A DNA stretch of 64,000 nt, from the NCBI GenBank assembly GCA_000388065.2, contig KB932206.1; one strand, written 5' to 3'. Shown here piece by piece: positions 11,422 through 25,074 of this stretch. Position 1 is the stretch's first letter, and the number at the start of each line of letters is the position of its first letter. Below the pieces are notes generated by a model. It did no database searches and was not told the origin of the DNA. It saw only the letters and a list, made by a program, of their open reading frames with translations. A program made the position numbers and the translations under genes. Origin of the DNA: Fonticula alba ATCC 38817 (lineage: Eukaryota > Protista > Nucleariida).

Positions 11422-11972
11422 GATGGAAAGAAAGGGAGCTCAGCCTGTAATGGCACACCGATAGGTGGAGGGGCGGGGCCCGAAGAGAGGACAGGGGGAG
11501 GCAACGGACACGGGTGCAGCGATGAAAGGGCGGCGCGCCGTCGAGGTGCCGGGGAGCAAGCGAGTCAGACAACGGGGCGGCTTGCCCAAAGGGAGGCGCA
11601 CAAAAAGCAGGGCCGCGCGGGAGCAGCACAGGGCCGAACGGACCAGACACGGGCGGGCCGGTGGACGTGAGCGGGGGGGGGGGGGGGGCAGGCAGACAGC
11701 ACGGAACCGGGGACTGGGGGGGGGAGGGGTAGGCGGGTGGCAACGACGGCAGCGGTGGCGGCGGTGGCGGCGACGGCGGCGTGGGCACAGAGCAAGGAAC
11801 AGGGGATGGGGGAGGGGAGTTGGAATCAGGGAAGAGGAGTGGTAAACAGGAACGCCCATCCGCGGGCCGGAGGGGCTCGTCCCTGTAAATGCCCCTGAGG
11901 TGGGCCCGGCCCGGGCGGTAAGCGGGCGCGAGCAGCCGTTGTTGGCCGGATAGAGGGGGGGATTACCCAATT

Positions 11973-12007
<35 letters not shown>

Positions 12008-13467
12008 TGCGGGGCACAGTCGCTGGCCCGCCGTCCCGCGTCCGGGCCACTCCAGCCGTCTATCTCCCCCCGTGTGTTTCCCCCTGCGCGTGCCCCACGC
12101 CCGGGGGGTCTCGCACCCCCCCCCCCTGACCGCCCCCCAGGGCCGACCCAATACAGGCGCATGCACATGCATCAAGGGGACCCCAGCCCCGCGCGCTGTG
12201 CGCATGTACGTGCGTGTGCGCGCCTGCCCTTCCGACGGCCCGGGGCGAGGGCGCTCCGGGGCCGGGATGCGCTACCTGTGATCAACGGCGGGAGTCGTCG
12301 GGCGGAGGAGTGGCCGCCCCTCCTCCCGGCCCCCCGTTACAAAGGCCGGGCGCCGTGGGGCCCGGCCGCCAGGTACTCTCACCGGCCGAACTGAAAACCC
12401 AGCCAGACGCACATTGTACCCCGCCCATGCCGGGCCGCACCCCCCCCCCCGAGCGAGGGCCGCGACACTTGCCAGCGAACGAGAGGAACACAGTGCGCGC
12501 CACGACCAAAAGGGCAAGCGACTCGCTGCGGGGGGGGGGGTGGGGGGGGCGCGGGTGGAGAGAACGGGAGAGAGAAGGGCGCGGAGAAAATGAAAGAACA
12601 ACACACACACACACACAGACATGGGACTGGTGTCTATCGGCCGTCCAATAAGACCCCGTCTGTGGCCACCAAGACGACGGGGCCTCCCCCGGGACCCGTG
12701 CGAGAGCAAGCAACAGGGCCCAAGGTGCAGCTGACGCACTGCGCCAGCTCCCCGGCGTCCCGCTCGGACCTTGGGGCCGGCGACGAGGCGCGTGAGTCAC
12801 TCGGGCGCCGCCTCTGTCCGGGGGCCACAGGACAAGCAAAAAGGCGAATGGGCGCGCGACCGGTCGGCACACGCGGGACCTGTCGCGAAGCGCGGCCTAG
12901 GTCCGCTGGGCCGGCCGCCGGTGCTGGGTCGCCCCCGAGACAAGGCCCCCCCCCCCCGCCAGGCCCGGCCACGGCCAGAGGTGCGCAGGTGCGAATACCC
13001 GAGGCTCGCCACGCTCGCCGCACGACAGGGCCGGCACGGTACAGGGCGGCACGGCCGNNNNNNNNNNNNNNNNNNNNNNNNNNNNNNNNNNNNNNNNNNN
13101 NNNNNNNNNNNNNNNNNNNNNNNNNNNNNNNNNNNNNNNNNNNNNNNNNNNNNNNNNNNNNNNNNNNNNNNNNNNNNNNNNNNNNNNNNNNNNNNNNNNN
13201 NNNNNNNNNNNNNNNNNNNNNNNNNNNNNNNNNNNNNNNNNNNNNNNNNNNNNNNNNNNNNNNNNNNNNNNNNNNNNNNNNNNNNNNNNNNNNNNNNNNN
13301 NNNNNNNNNNNNNNNNNNNNNNNNNNNNNNNNNNNNNNNNNNNNNNNNNNNNNNNNNNNNNNNNNNNNNNNNNNNNNNNNNNNNNNNNNNNNNNNNNNNN
13401 NNNNNNNNNNNNNNNNNNNNNNNNNNNNNNNNNNNNNNNNNNNNNNNNNNNNNNNNNNNNNNNNNNN

Positions 13468-13500
<33 letters not shown>

Positions 13501-15917
13501 CGGGACAACAACACGGAAACACTATTCTCGGGACCGGGCCACCCGCGGGGCGCCCGGCCTCCGGAGGCGGCGGAGCAACGCACGCAAGAGCACCGCCGCC
13601 TGTGCCCTCGGCCGCCGCCGCTCTTGCCCCCGCGGCTGAGGCTCGCTCGCCGGCGGGCCAGCTCGCTCGGCCAGTGCGGTCCGACAGGGGCGCGCGCGCG
13701 CGTGTACGCACCTGCCAGCACGCATGCCAGCCCAAACACACACACACACACACCCTCTATCACTCTCACGTACACCGCGGCCTGCCGCGCAGCCTGCCAA
13801 CCAACCGGCAGACCACCATCACCGCCACTGGGGGCGCGCCTTCCAGGCGACGAGAGGCCGCAGGGGAGCCGGACTAGCGGACGGCCGAAGCACGTCGGCG
13901 AGCGCCCCCGGGGGCACTCGCGGGGCATGACGAGCTATCCGATCGAAAACGTGTGTCCGCCCACACCCCCCCCCTGCCCGCTCTGTCCGCCCGTCGGCCG
14001 CAAGGGCTTCCGGCCGAGCCAACTCCCTCACGGACCGGCGCAGGTCGGCGCCCGGCAGAGAGCCGCGGGGGGAGGGGAGGCGCACGCGCGCGCAAGGCCA
14101 CGTTTATTTCTTGCAACTCCGGCAGACGCTTTTTTATTGTTGTTTATATTCCTCCTGCCCTTTTTCTCGGTCTCCAGAAGTAAGCGCTCCGCCACATGGC
14201 GAGCTCATGAGCAGGGCCGCCGCCGGAGGGGCGAGCTTTCTCTCCGCGCCCACCCCCCCCCCCCTCCCCGGCTGACAACGGCGCAGAATGGAGACGGGCA
14301 CCCCGCCCGCCCTGGGGGGGGCGGGAGCCGCCCCCGATGGCCTCCCTTGGGGGATTGGGCGCCCGGGCCGGGAAATGGCCTGACCCTTCCGGGGAAGCTG
14401 CCTGCTTCCTCAGGCCCCACCCTCTCCCGAGCGCCCGACCGCAGGACACCCCGCGCCAAGGCCGGGCGCCCACGGCGGGCGTCAGGCCCCGGGCGCGCGG
14501 GGCCGCCCTTGCCGCCGGAAGCCAGTGCACACCCGCGCGCGAACACGGTAACGTCTAGCCCCCTGCGCCAACCCCCAGCCGGGCACACGACACAAGATGG
14601 GCCACGCGAGGCCCGACAGGGGTGCGCGGGGCTTCGGGCGCAACACGCGCCTGCTCACCTGGCCCCGGCCCCGGGGCCTCGCCTGGCCGATCGCTCCTCC
14701 GCCAGGGGATATGCGGCCCGTCTTCGCACCCGTGCACGCAAACACGAACACACGCGCACGCGCACACAGGCGCGGGCATGGTCCCCCACACGCGGTTATG
14801 GGGCGGACAAACCAGAGAGAGAGAGAGATACGCTTGCACACGGGGATGCACAGACACACATGCTTGGGAGGGGCAGGGGCTCGAACGGCCCTGACGCCGT
14901 GCTGCCACTGGCACACGGTCGGGAGGTACCGACGCACCTCCCCGCCCCCTCTACACCCACCCAGGGCTGGCCCCGCAAACACCCCCCCCCCCCCCCCCCC
15001 CCCCCCCCCGCCTCCGCAGGCCCCGAGGAGAGAGCACCGGCACACGCGCTCGCCCCCTGGCAAAGGAGACCGGGCTGGGGCGAACAGCCGCCGGTTGTCG
15101 AGTCCTCGGTGCAAAGTCCCCGCCTGTCGGAATGGGCGCCACAGTTAAGGGTCTTCGCGGCGGGAATCACACGACCACTGGATGCATATTCCGGATGGCC
15201 ATCCCAAATGATTTTCCCTGCCAAAAGGACATCTCCCGCCGGCTGGGACCGGAAAACTTGTCCCGCACCGCCCCTCCCTCGTCTCTAGATGCTTCTCAGG
15301 CGGAGCGGACGGTGATTGCCGCCGCTCGCCTCGATTGGCGCCCCGGGGGCTTGATCCCGGCGGTGCGGCCATCTCCGCGAGGACTGGTGGCACCTCACGC
15401 GCACCTTCACGCCCGGCCGACGTGTCAGCCATATCTCACTCGCTCGTGCCCATGCTCCGTGGCTGAGCCGCCCCCCCGCCCCCGCCCCCGCCCATTTCCC
15501 CGCAGTCGGTCTAGCGCACAGGACAGGCAGAAAAGGGGCAGCACACCGGCATGCGCAACATGTCCGCGCCTTTGTCGGAGGTGTCGCAGGGACGGGCCGC
15601 CGCCCGCCCCCCGGGCCGGGGCATCATCGCCATTAGTTCCGCCTCTGTCGCTCGGCGGCCCTCGTTCCCGCCCGCCCTGGGCAGCCGTTCTCGATCTTCG
15701 CCCCAGTGGAAGGGTCGGGGAGCTGGCGCGTGCGTGGAACCGTTTTCGGCCAGATCCGCACCCCCCGCGCCCCTCCCGGCGCCGCCTGCACACGCCCCCT
15801 TCTCGCCCTCGCCCTGCCCTACCCTCCCGCCGTGCCCCCCTCCTCCAGCCTCCCTCCCCCCTACCGCTCCTCCCCAACCCTTCTCTCCCACTCGAGACAG
15901 TTCTCCCCCCGTCCACC

Positions 15918-18091
15918 ATGTCGCTCGTGCGTCTCACATTGCTGGCATTTTTTTTCTCTCCTCGCCTCCTCCCCTGCCCCAGTGTCCCCCCCCCCCCCCC
16001 CGGCCAGTGAGTTGCTTACTCACCCACCCTCGCACAGAGCTTCAAGACCGCCGTCGGCAACGTCGTGGAGGGCGCCCTCACATACCCCTTCGTCAAGCTG
16101 GCCCAGCTGAAGTTCACCCTCCAGGCGACCAAGGACTGCCCGGACCTGGCTGCTGCCCAGGAGCAGGCTGTCACCGAGCTCTTCGAGCTCATCAAGAAGC
16201 ACGGTACGGTGGCCCTGCCATGTCGTGCCTTGGCGCGCCCGTTGCCTGTCCATGCTCCTCCCCCCCCACCCGGCCCATGGTGCCACTTGCCGCTTGCTCT
16301 GACTCACCAGCGGTCCCGACTGATCGCCTCAGATATGGCCCCCTTCTATGAGGCGATCTGCGCCTCCGGCCTTTGGCCCAAGCCTCTGGACGCGACCCTG
16401 CTTGCTCAGCTGAAGGAGAGTGCGTATGCTGTCACCATGTGGCCGCCACCGCCGCCGCCGCCGCCCCATTGCTAAATGCCCCCCCCCCCCCTTCCCCTCC
16501 AGGCAACACGGCTGCCCTTGCGCGCTTCGATGCCGAGCTTGAGACCGCCAAGGAGTCCGCTGGACCGTCCGAGGTCCAGGCGGCCAACCAGAAGATCGCC
16601 GAGTACAAGGCCTTCATCGGTGCCCCGGTGCGTGCGCGCGCGGCCTCCTGTCGTCCGTGGCCTCGCCCGTTGATTGTGCCCCGAATGCTGACCCCCCCCC
16701 TGGGCCCTTCCCCCGGCTGCTGCTCCCTTCGCCGATGGGGTGCGGCGGTGCACATGCAATCAGGACGCGGCCGCCGCCCTGGAGACCGTCCTCGAGAGCA
16801 CGGTCGGTGCCGGCCCCCGCCTGGACAACGTCCTCCTGCTGGCTCGGTTTGCCTTTTCCCTGGCTGACAATGCCCTGATTGGCAAGTACATTGACCGCGC
16901 CAAGAAGTGCGTTTGCCCCCCCCCCCCGTCCCCCCCTGCCCACGGCACACAGGGGCCGCCCCATCGCACCCCCTCCCCATTTTGCCCCGTCTGCGCGCCC
17001 TGCCTGTGTGCACCGCTCACCTCCCCCTCCCCCCATTGGCTTCTCCTGCCCTCTCGTCTTCCTTCGTGCCCCCCCCCCCTTTCTCAACCAGGCTGATTGA
17101 TGCCGGTGGCGACTGGGACCGTCGCAACCGCCTGAAGGTCTACGAGGGCACCTATCTCATGTCCATCCGGGACTTTACTCGCGCGTCGGAGCTCTTCCTC
17201 TCGGCCCTGCCCACCTTCACCAGCACTGAGGTACCTTGCTTTGGCATTTCCTCGCACCCCCCCCCCCCCGCCCTCGCGCCGCTTTCTCACATCCTCCCCA
17301 TCCCCACCATCCCACAGCTCCTGCAATATGACACCTTTATCTCGTACTCCATCCTGATGTGCCTGTTCACCCTGGACCGCGAGATGCTCAAGTCCAAGGT
17401 GCGCCCTCGCCTCTCTGTCTTGCGCCCGCTGCCTTGCTTCTCCGCCCCTGACGTCTAACCCCGCCCTGCTTCTGTGGACCCCCGTCAACACACGCAGATT
17501 CTCGACTCGCCCGAGGTCCTTGAGGTCGCCATCAAGGTGGCCCCCTTCCTGAACCTGGCCGAGTCTTTCTACAACTGCGAGTACCGGGCTTTCTTCACCC
17601 ACCTGGCCGAGGTGGAGGCTCTCCTGAAGAAGGATCTTTTCCTCTTCCCCCACTACAAGTATTACGTCCGCGAGATGCGCATCCGGTACGCGACGGCCAT
17701 GCCCCCACGCGGCCACCCTTGCGGCGCCGGTCACCGACCCATTTGGCCCCCATCCATTCACCTTCTCCCTCCCTCCCTCTCGCTCTCCCTCTTTCTCTCT
17801 GCCTTCCCCCTCGCCACTCTGGCCAGTGCTTACGCCCAGTACCTGGAGCCGTACAAGTCGGTCAAGCTCCAGAGCATGGCCGACACCTTTGGCGTGTCGC
17901 CGACCTTCATTGATGAGGAGCTGTCGCGCTTCATCTCGGCCGGGCGCATCCACTGTGCCATCGACGCCGTGTCGGCCACCATCGCCACCCGGCGCCCGGA
18001 CAACCGCAACAGCCACTACCGGTCGATTGTCCAGGAGGGGGACCTGCTGCTGAACCGCATCCAGAAGCTGGCGCGTGTGACCGATCTGTAA
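15918..18091 (+). CDS. RPN7: 26S proteasome lid subunit RPN7/PSMD6 (PCI domain), 9 exons
   Basis: DMAPFYE, GGDWDRRNRLKVYEG, RDFTRASELFL, YYVREMRIR|AYAQYLEPYKSVKLQSMADTFGVS..FISAGRIHCAID, RPDNRNSHY..GDLLLNRIQKL. First exon is 9 nt (ATGTCGCTC|GTGCGT). Confidence 0.95.
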
Positions 18092-18378
18092 GGGAGAACC
18101 GCCGCCAGGAGCGGGCCTTCCAGCGGACGGGGCACCGGCCTCGCCGCTGCTCTTCCCCCGCCCTCTCCCGGCGTGCATTCCGTGTCCTCTGTTTGTCCCT
18201 CTTTCCAATGCTCTCTCTCTCTCTCTCTCTCCCTCCGTCTCTCTTCCTGTCCGGGGCTGATTTTGCCGCCGCGCCCGTCCCTGCATTCTTTTGGGCCAGA
18301 GCGCACCTCACACAGGCAGGGATCGAAGATGAAGGCCGAGGGTGAGAGGGGGGAGGAACACGCCCCCGTCCCCCCCGT

Positions 18379-18393
18379 TGTACAATATAAAAA
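18379..18393 (+). promoter_or_regulatory. Putative polyadenylation element TGTACAATATAAAAA downstream of RPN7
   Basis: AT-rich island about 290 nt after the stop. The 11-mer TGTACAATATA recurs on the sense strand downstream of SURF4 (58935-58945). Confidence 0.5.
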
Positions 18394-18395
18394 CA

Positions 18396-18432
<37 letters not shown>

Positions 18433-18866
18433 CCACTCCGATACTCCTCCCCTGTTCCCCCGGCGGGCCGGGGCGCGCACCAATGTAATCGGCCTACACA
18501 GGTGTTTGGGCTGGCCATCCGATTTGGACAGGTGCCACCGAATGCACATGCGATGGCACTTCGCGAGGCGCCTCGTGTGCCTTGTCCGCGCCGGGTCGTG
18601 TTCTACGCCAGGCCGGATCGCACCGCGTCTCACACCCAGAGGCCGGATGCAGGGNNNNNNNNNNNNNNNNNNNNNNNNNNNNNNNNNNNNNNNNNNNNNN
18701 NNNNNNNNNNNNNNCCTTTTAGCCAGCCCGCGTGCAGTGGCCGCCACCCCCCGCCATTTGACATTCCCCTCCACACACCTCCCCCTCGTCCTGTTTTTCC
18801 TCCTCCCTCCCCTCCACCCTTTTCCCCCCTTCCCACCGGTTTTGCCCCTCGACTACCACACCACAC

Positions 18867-21800
18867 ATGCCGCCCGGCAAGAAGCCCGCCCCGTCGTTGG
18901 ACGACTGGGCCGATGACCTGCCGGAGGCCGTCCTCAAGCAGGCGGCCGCCCAGGCTGGCCCCGCGCGCGCGGTGGTCTCCTCCCTCTTCACCAATAACCC
19001 GACGCTCGCCAAGCGCTCGGACCCGCTGCCGGACGTCAGCACCCTCGAGCGTACGAACGCCGCGTTGGCCGAGGCCAACTTCGACACCATGGGCCTAGAC
19101 CCGCGGGTGGTCCGCGCCCTGCGAGATCGCCTTGGTGTCCAGCGTCCGACAGCCATCCAGCACCAAGGTACACATCGCGAGCCCCATGTCCCCCCCCCCC
19201 TCCCCCCCTCCCTGTCCCCGTCCCCGTCCCCGTCCCCGCCCTGTGGCTCGTGCTCTCCCGCCTCATCCCCTGCGACTTGCCTGCTCCCCCCCCCCCTCCC
19301 CCACTTACCTTTTGTTCCTCCCCTCTTGCCAGCCATCCCGGCCATTCTCAGTGGACAGGATGTCATCATGCGCGCGCAAACCGGCTCCGGCAAGACGCTG
19401 TCCTTCCTGCTGCCGATTCTGCAGCATCTTTTGACCCTGTCGCCGCAGGTCTCCCGCGGTGATGGCGCGCTGTGCATGGTGATTGTGCCGACGCGCGAGT
19501 TGGCCGCCCAGACCCAGGCGGTGCTGGAGCGCCTAATCCAGGCCGCCGGCTGTGTGTGGATCGTGTCCGGGGCTCTGGCCGGTGGCGAGCGCCGCAAGGC
19601 CGAGAAGGCTCGCCTGCGCCGGGGGCTGAACATTGTCATCGGCACGCCGGGTCGGCTGAAGGATCACCTGGATCGGACGGCCGGCATGGACCTTTCGCAG
19701 GTTGGGTGGGTGGTGCTGGATGAGGCGGACCTGCTTCTGGATCTGGGTTTCGAGAAGGACGTCCGTGAGATCCTCAAGACCATCGACGAGGTGCGTGCTC
19801 CTCCCTTGCCTCCTTCCCTCTCGCCCTCTCGCCCTCTCGGCCTTCGGCCTTTGCCTTTTGGCCTCCCTGTGTTTTGTGTTAGGCGCCAGGACTGACACCT
19901 TGGCGGCACCATCGTACCCCTGCCGGGCCTGCTGTCCCTCTTCTCCAGCGTCGGGCTGTTCGCCGGATCGGCGTCCCGCGGGATCGGCGTCAGACTATCC
20001 TCTGCTCGGCCACCATCTCCAAGCGCCTGCAGGCCATCACGCAGTCGGCCATGGAGTCGCCGGTGTACATCTCCACCGACGAGACTCTGGTGGCCGGGGC
20101 TCAGCCGGCACCGGATGCCGAGGCCGCCAGCACCACCGCCCCGATGGTGATTGAGCCCGCCCCCGACATGGCGCCCGATGCCGGGTCGGATGTTGCCGGC
20201 GATGCCCCCAGTAAGGAGGGCGAGGATGCCAAGATGGTGGACACTGAGCTGGGTGAGCGCTTCCACGTGCCGGCGCAGCTGCTGCAAATCTACTATGAGC
20301 TGCCGACCAAGCTTCGTCTGGTGACGCTGGTGACGCTGCTGCAATCGCGTCTCGGCGTGACCGAGGATCAACTCCAGCGCCTGGACCAGACGCTCGCCGC
20401 ACAGGCGGCTTCCGAGACCGCCGGTCCGGAGGGTGCCGATGCGGATTCGACCTCCAAGCCCACGGCCGCGACTCCCAAGCCGGCTGGCACGGCTCCCAAG
20501 TCGGCCGCGGCGCTGGCCGCCGAGAAGGCCCTCGGCAAGCGGCCCTCGGCCACGGACAAGCCCGCGACTGATGGCGCGCCGCCGGCTGCGGAGCCGGCCG
20601 ATCCGGCCCTCGGCTTCGCGGATCCCAAGCGTGGCATTGTCTTCCTCAGCACCACCGACAGTGTGGACTTCCACTTTGCCCTGTTGACTCATGCGGCCAG
20701 TCGGCCGGTGCGCATCGACAACTCCGGTGCGGTGGTCCTCTTCGGGGAGAAGCCCGCCGATGGCGAAGCCGCTGGCGACGGGTCCGGCAGCGATTCCGAC
20801 GACGACGCCGCCGCCGCCGGGGCCCAGGGGTCCAGTGCTTCCGGGCCGGCCGACCCCGACCAGGGTGCGTCTCTCTTCGATTCGGACGAGGAGGATGGCG
20901 GTGCGGCTGGAGGTGGGTCGCGCGCGGCGCGGGCCCGTCGCCAGGGCCGTGCTCGGCACATTGCAGAACTGTCGAGCTCCTTCGACCCGGTGACCGGGAA
21001 GCCTCTGCAGCGCCAGGCGGCGTTGACCCTGTCGGCGTGGGCCACGGCCCCGATCCTCGGTGGGGCACGGGTATACCGCCTGCATGGGGACATGGCGCAG
21101 GCCGATCGGATGGCCACCTTCCGAGCATATCGCGAGGGCGCGGCCCGGGGTGAGGCGGCCGTGCTGCTTTGCTCGGATGTGGCCGCGCGCGGAGTGGACC
21201 TGCCACAGGTGGACTTCGTGGTGCAGTACGACGTGGCCACCAGCGTGCGGGACTACGTCCACCGGATTGGCCGGACCGCGCGTGCCGGGCGCGAGGGGAC
21301 GTCCATTGTCTTCCTGATGCCGCACGAGGCAGCCGGGTACACGGAATTCCTGCGCACCAACCATGAGTTGGTCCTTCTCCGGTCGGACTATGAGGCCATG
21401 CTGATTGGCACCTGGGGCGGTCGCGCCAAGCGCGCGCACCGGCTGGCCGTCAAACAGGCGGTAGACCGGGCTCAGCGGCGTGCGGGACCCACCGCGCGGC
21501 TGAAGCACGAGGAGCGGGAGCGCATTCGTCGCGCGGTGCGCATGCCGGATTGGCGCGAGCTGTTGACCGGCTTGCAGCGGTCCTTCGAGCGGCAGACGTC
21601 GCACCGAGCGGTACGCCAGGACATCCTCGCCTTTTTGTGCCTTTCTTCCCTCCCCCGTCCCCCCCCCCTCTCTCTCTCTCTCTCTTTCATACACATGCAT
21701 ACACTCTCTTTCTCTCACCAGCTGACCTTTTGTCGGTCTTGTGCCCCCCGGGGGGGTGGTTTGCTTCCTGCTGTGCCACTCAGTTCCACAAGCTTTCTGT

Positions 21801-22334
21801 CCGCGCGCTGCGGTCCTACATTCGTGCGTATGCCACGCATCCGAAGGCCATGCGGGCCTTCTTCCACCCGAAGCAGCTCCATCTGGGGCATTTGGCCAAG
21901 AGGTACGTCTCCCCGGGGTCTTTTGGTGGCATACCTTTGGTGCGGGTGCCCGCCGGGTGACAGGGGACATTTACTCACATTGGCATGTGTTCAGCTTTGG
22001 CCTGGTGGATGCGCCGTCTCGCTTTGCCGCCGGCAAGGGCAAGGCCGCCAAGGCTGCCTCCGGCGGTGGTGGTGCTGGCGGCGGCGGGTCTTCCCACTCT
22101 GCGAGCGCCGGGAAGAAGTCCGCCAAGGCCCTGGCGGCCGCGGAGAATGCAGGCACGGCAGCCATCGCCGCACACGAGTACAACCGTCTCTCCTTCGTGA
22201 AGCCCGTGCACGTGGCCCGCGAGGAGGTCAAGCGTGCCAAGCGCAAGGCGGCCTCCGATGAGTTCGGCATTAGTGCCGGCATCGGTGGCATGCTTTCGGG
22301 TCCGATGACGCGCAAGGCCAAAAAGCAGCGTTGA
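18867..22334 (+). CDS. DBP7: DEAD-box RNA helicase DBP7/DDX31 (60S biogenesis), 5 exons
   Basis: Q motif (PTAIQ), AQTGSGKT, PTRELA, GGERRKAEKARLRRG (DBP7/DDX31 signature), TPGRL, DEAD, SAT, ARGVDLP, HRIGRTARAG, and C-terminal SYIRAYATHPK..LHLGHLAKSFGL. Confidence 0.9.
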
Positions 22335-22783
22335 GGCTGCCCTCCTCCCCCCCCTTCTTGTGTTTCCGGACCGGTCCGAGTGTCGCTCTTTCCTCTCTCT
22401 CTCTCTCTGCCCATCCTCAGAATCACGGATAGGCTGGCCTCATTAAAGATAGACGCGCATGTGCCTTGGCCGGGTCTCTCCTGCTGTCCTTCATGTTGCC
22501 CGTGGCCGTGGTGAGATGAAGACGGATCATGTGGGGATATGTTACATTGTTGGGGGCAGGAGGGGGAGGGGAGAGAGGGTACAAGGGAGGGAGGGGGGGG
22601 GGGGATGTGGTGCGTGTGTGCGTGTGTGCGTGGGGGAACTAGGGACACGGCGCGTGTGCGCGTACGCAAAAGCACACGCACACATACACACAAGGTTATG
22701 GCGGAGCGATGGGCGGAGAGGACCGCAGGCAGGCGCCAGGGGGGGGGGGGGGGGGGGGGGGGCTGGCAATGCCGGGCCCATAC

Positions 22784-23456
22784 TCACTCCAGGGTCTCCA
22801 GATGCCGGAAGCGCGTGAGGATGAGCTGCTTCTGGGTCTCATAAAGCTCACCATTGAGGATCAGCTCGTCCAGGATGTGGTACACCTTGTGGAAGAAGAA
22901 GATCAGGTCCAGCTCCGAGACATTCTGGAAGTACTGGTCCAGGGTCTCAACGAAGAGGTGAATGGCCTCCAGGTAGGCGAGGACGTTGTCCTCGGAATCC
23001 ACACACAGGCAGAAGAAGAGCCCGGCGTAGCGCTTGTACACGAGCTTGTGGGTGCGGAACTGAGCAACGCGGCATCAGTTTACCGAGCAAGTCAGGAGAG
23101 AGGGAGAGAGGGAAAGGGGGGAGAACGGGAGGGGGGACTGGGCTTGAGGCCCCGCCGCCGTGCGCGAGAACGAACCTCAACAAAGTTGGACTGGTACTTG
23201 TTGTCGCGGGCGGCGACAACGCGATGCACGTCGTTCTTCAGCTTGATCTTCTCCGCATCATCGAAGGGGACATACCACTTGGCGAGACGGGTCTTGCCCT
23301 GGCGGTTCTGGACAAGCAGGAAGTGGATCTGCGCAATGGGCGCGCCGGGAATGCCCAATCCCAGAGCGGCCGGGTGAAGGCGGTGTGAGTGGGAAAGTGC
23401 TGGCGCAGGGGGCGAGCGGGGAGCGAGCGGGGAGCGAGGCCCAGGGCGCGCACCAT
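22784..23456 (-). CDS. AP2S1: AP-2 adaptor complex sigma subunit, 3 exons (ATG-only exon 23456-23454; 23328-23176; 23059-22784)
   Basis: M|IHFLLVQNRQGKTRLAKWY..SNFVE|FRTHKLVYKRYAGLFFCLCVD..NVLAYLEAIHLFVETLDQYFQNVSELDL..LE. KTRLAKWY and LAYLEAIH are sigma-2 signatures. Confidence 0.92.
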
Positions 23457-24070
23457 TGGGAGGGGGCCGATGGCGATGCGGCGAGAAGGGGGGCGGTGTG
23501 GGAGGAGGGCGAGCACAGGAAAGCAGACGGGGTGGGGGGGGGGGGGGGGGGGGGGGGGAGGAGGAGAGGGTGCCCGGCGCCCGGGGGCCGGGGCGTGGAC
23601 GCGCAGACCCACCTCTTGATAATCCTCCCCCGCCCTCCTCCGCCCGCCAGGGGAAAAGAGAATGTGGCCGTGACAGATCATCCACCCCAGGGGCCGGCGA
23701 GCCGGGGAGAAGGGAGATCCCGCACAGGCCTGTGGGGCGGCGGCATCCCCCCCCCCCCCCCCCCTTGCTCTCGGCCCGGGGAGAAGAGGGCCCTGGCCAA
23801 CCACAGCCCACGGACGGGCGACCGGCGGCAGTTGGAGATCGAATCACACGGACATCACGCGCCAGGCCGGCGCTCGGGCCGGAGGCATTTGGCCCGGCGC
23901 CTGGCGGCTGCGTTTCCCCCTGGAAAAAAAAGCCTGCCCCTGGAGAAGGTGCTGGTTGCCTCGAGGCCAAGAGGGAGAGGCGGGGAGGGGCCTGCAGGCC
24001 CCGGGCGTGGTGGCCGCCCAGAGATTAGCGGTCTCTCGCCTCGGGGGGGGGGGGGGGGGGGGGGGGGGGT

Positions 24071-24106
<36 letters not shown>

Positions 24107-25041
24107 NNNNNNNNNNNNNNNNNNNNNNNNNNNNNNNNNNNNNNNNNNNNNNNNNNNNNNNNNNNNNNNNNNNNNNNNNNNNGGGGGGGGGGGCAGGGTG
24201 CTTCTCGGGCGAGAGTTGCTTGAGCTGTGGTCTTTTTTACTGCAGCTAATCTTCCGGAACGCGGCGATCGGCCTTTGGGCTGTGTGCCCCGGCGTGGGAG
24301 GGCCGTTCGTCGGCAACTGTGCCGAGAGCGGGCCGCGGCTGCGGCCGAACGTTGGGGTGTGGGCGCGGCAGCCTCCAGCGCCCGCCCCCCCCCCCCCCCG
24401 GAGGGGGTCAGATCGCCCGGCCCAAGCCACCCGACGAGTTGCCCGTGCTCCCTGCCCCTGGCCGGTTGCCCCTTCGGCACGTCTTGGAGACTAGACGCAG
24501 CGGGCCCGTGTTCCCGGTCGCTGTGTCGGGATCTCGATCTGTGTGCGCGAATGGGCGACTCTATTGGGGCGAACCCGGCCCCCTCCCAACCTGCGCGTTC
24601 CTCCCTCCCCCCCGGAGGCTTGGTGCCGAGTAAGCCCCGGTACCCAGGGTGGCAAACCGGTTTGCGGTCGTGCCTACGGTCGCTTCCGGCGGTGGCGGGG
24701 GGGGGGGGGGCGGGGGGGGGGACGGGAAAATTGCCGGCGTGCCTCGTCCGTCAGTCTTGCGGGGAGATCGCTTGGCCCGGCACTAGTGAATGTTCGCACA
24801 GGCTGGCTCGGTCGGGAGTTGCACAGGAGCCACCAAGGACGGAGTGCGGGGGGCGGGGGGCGGGGGGCGGAGAGGGGGAGGGTGGAACAGACTCGGTCGC
24901 GCCCCTCTGCTGAGGATTGCTCCTGGCGACACCTTTCAAATTCCACAACGTCCCGCCCGGGCGAAGCGGTATCTCTCTCTCTCTCTCTCGCTCCCCCCCT
25001 CCGCTCCTTCGTTCCACGTTGCTGCTGGTCTTCGACCGTTC

Positions 25042-25074
<33 letters not shown>

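Noticed and set aside
19664-21970. 768-aa minus-strand ORF opposite DBP7
   Set aside because: Antisense shadow of a GC3-rich CDS; no motifs, R/G/P-rich.
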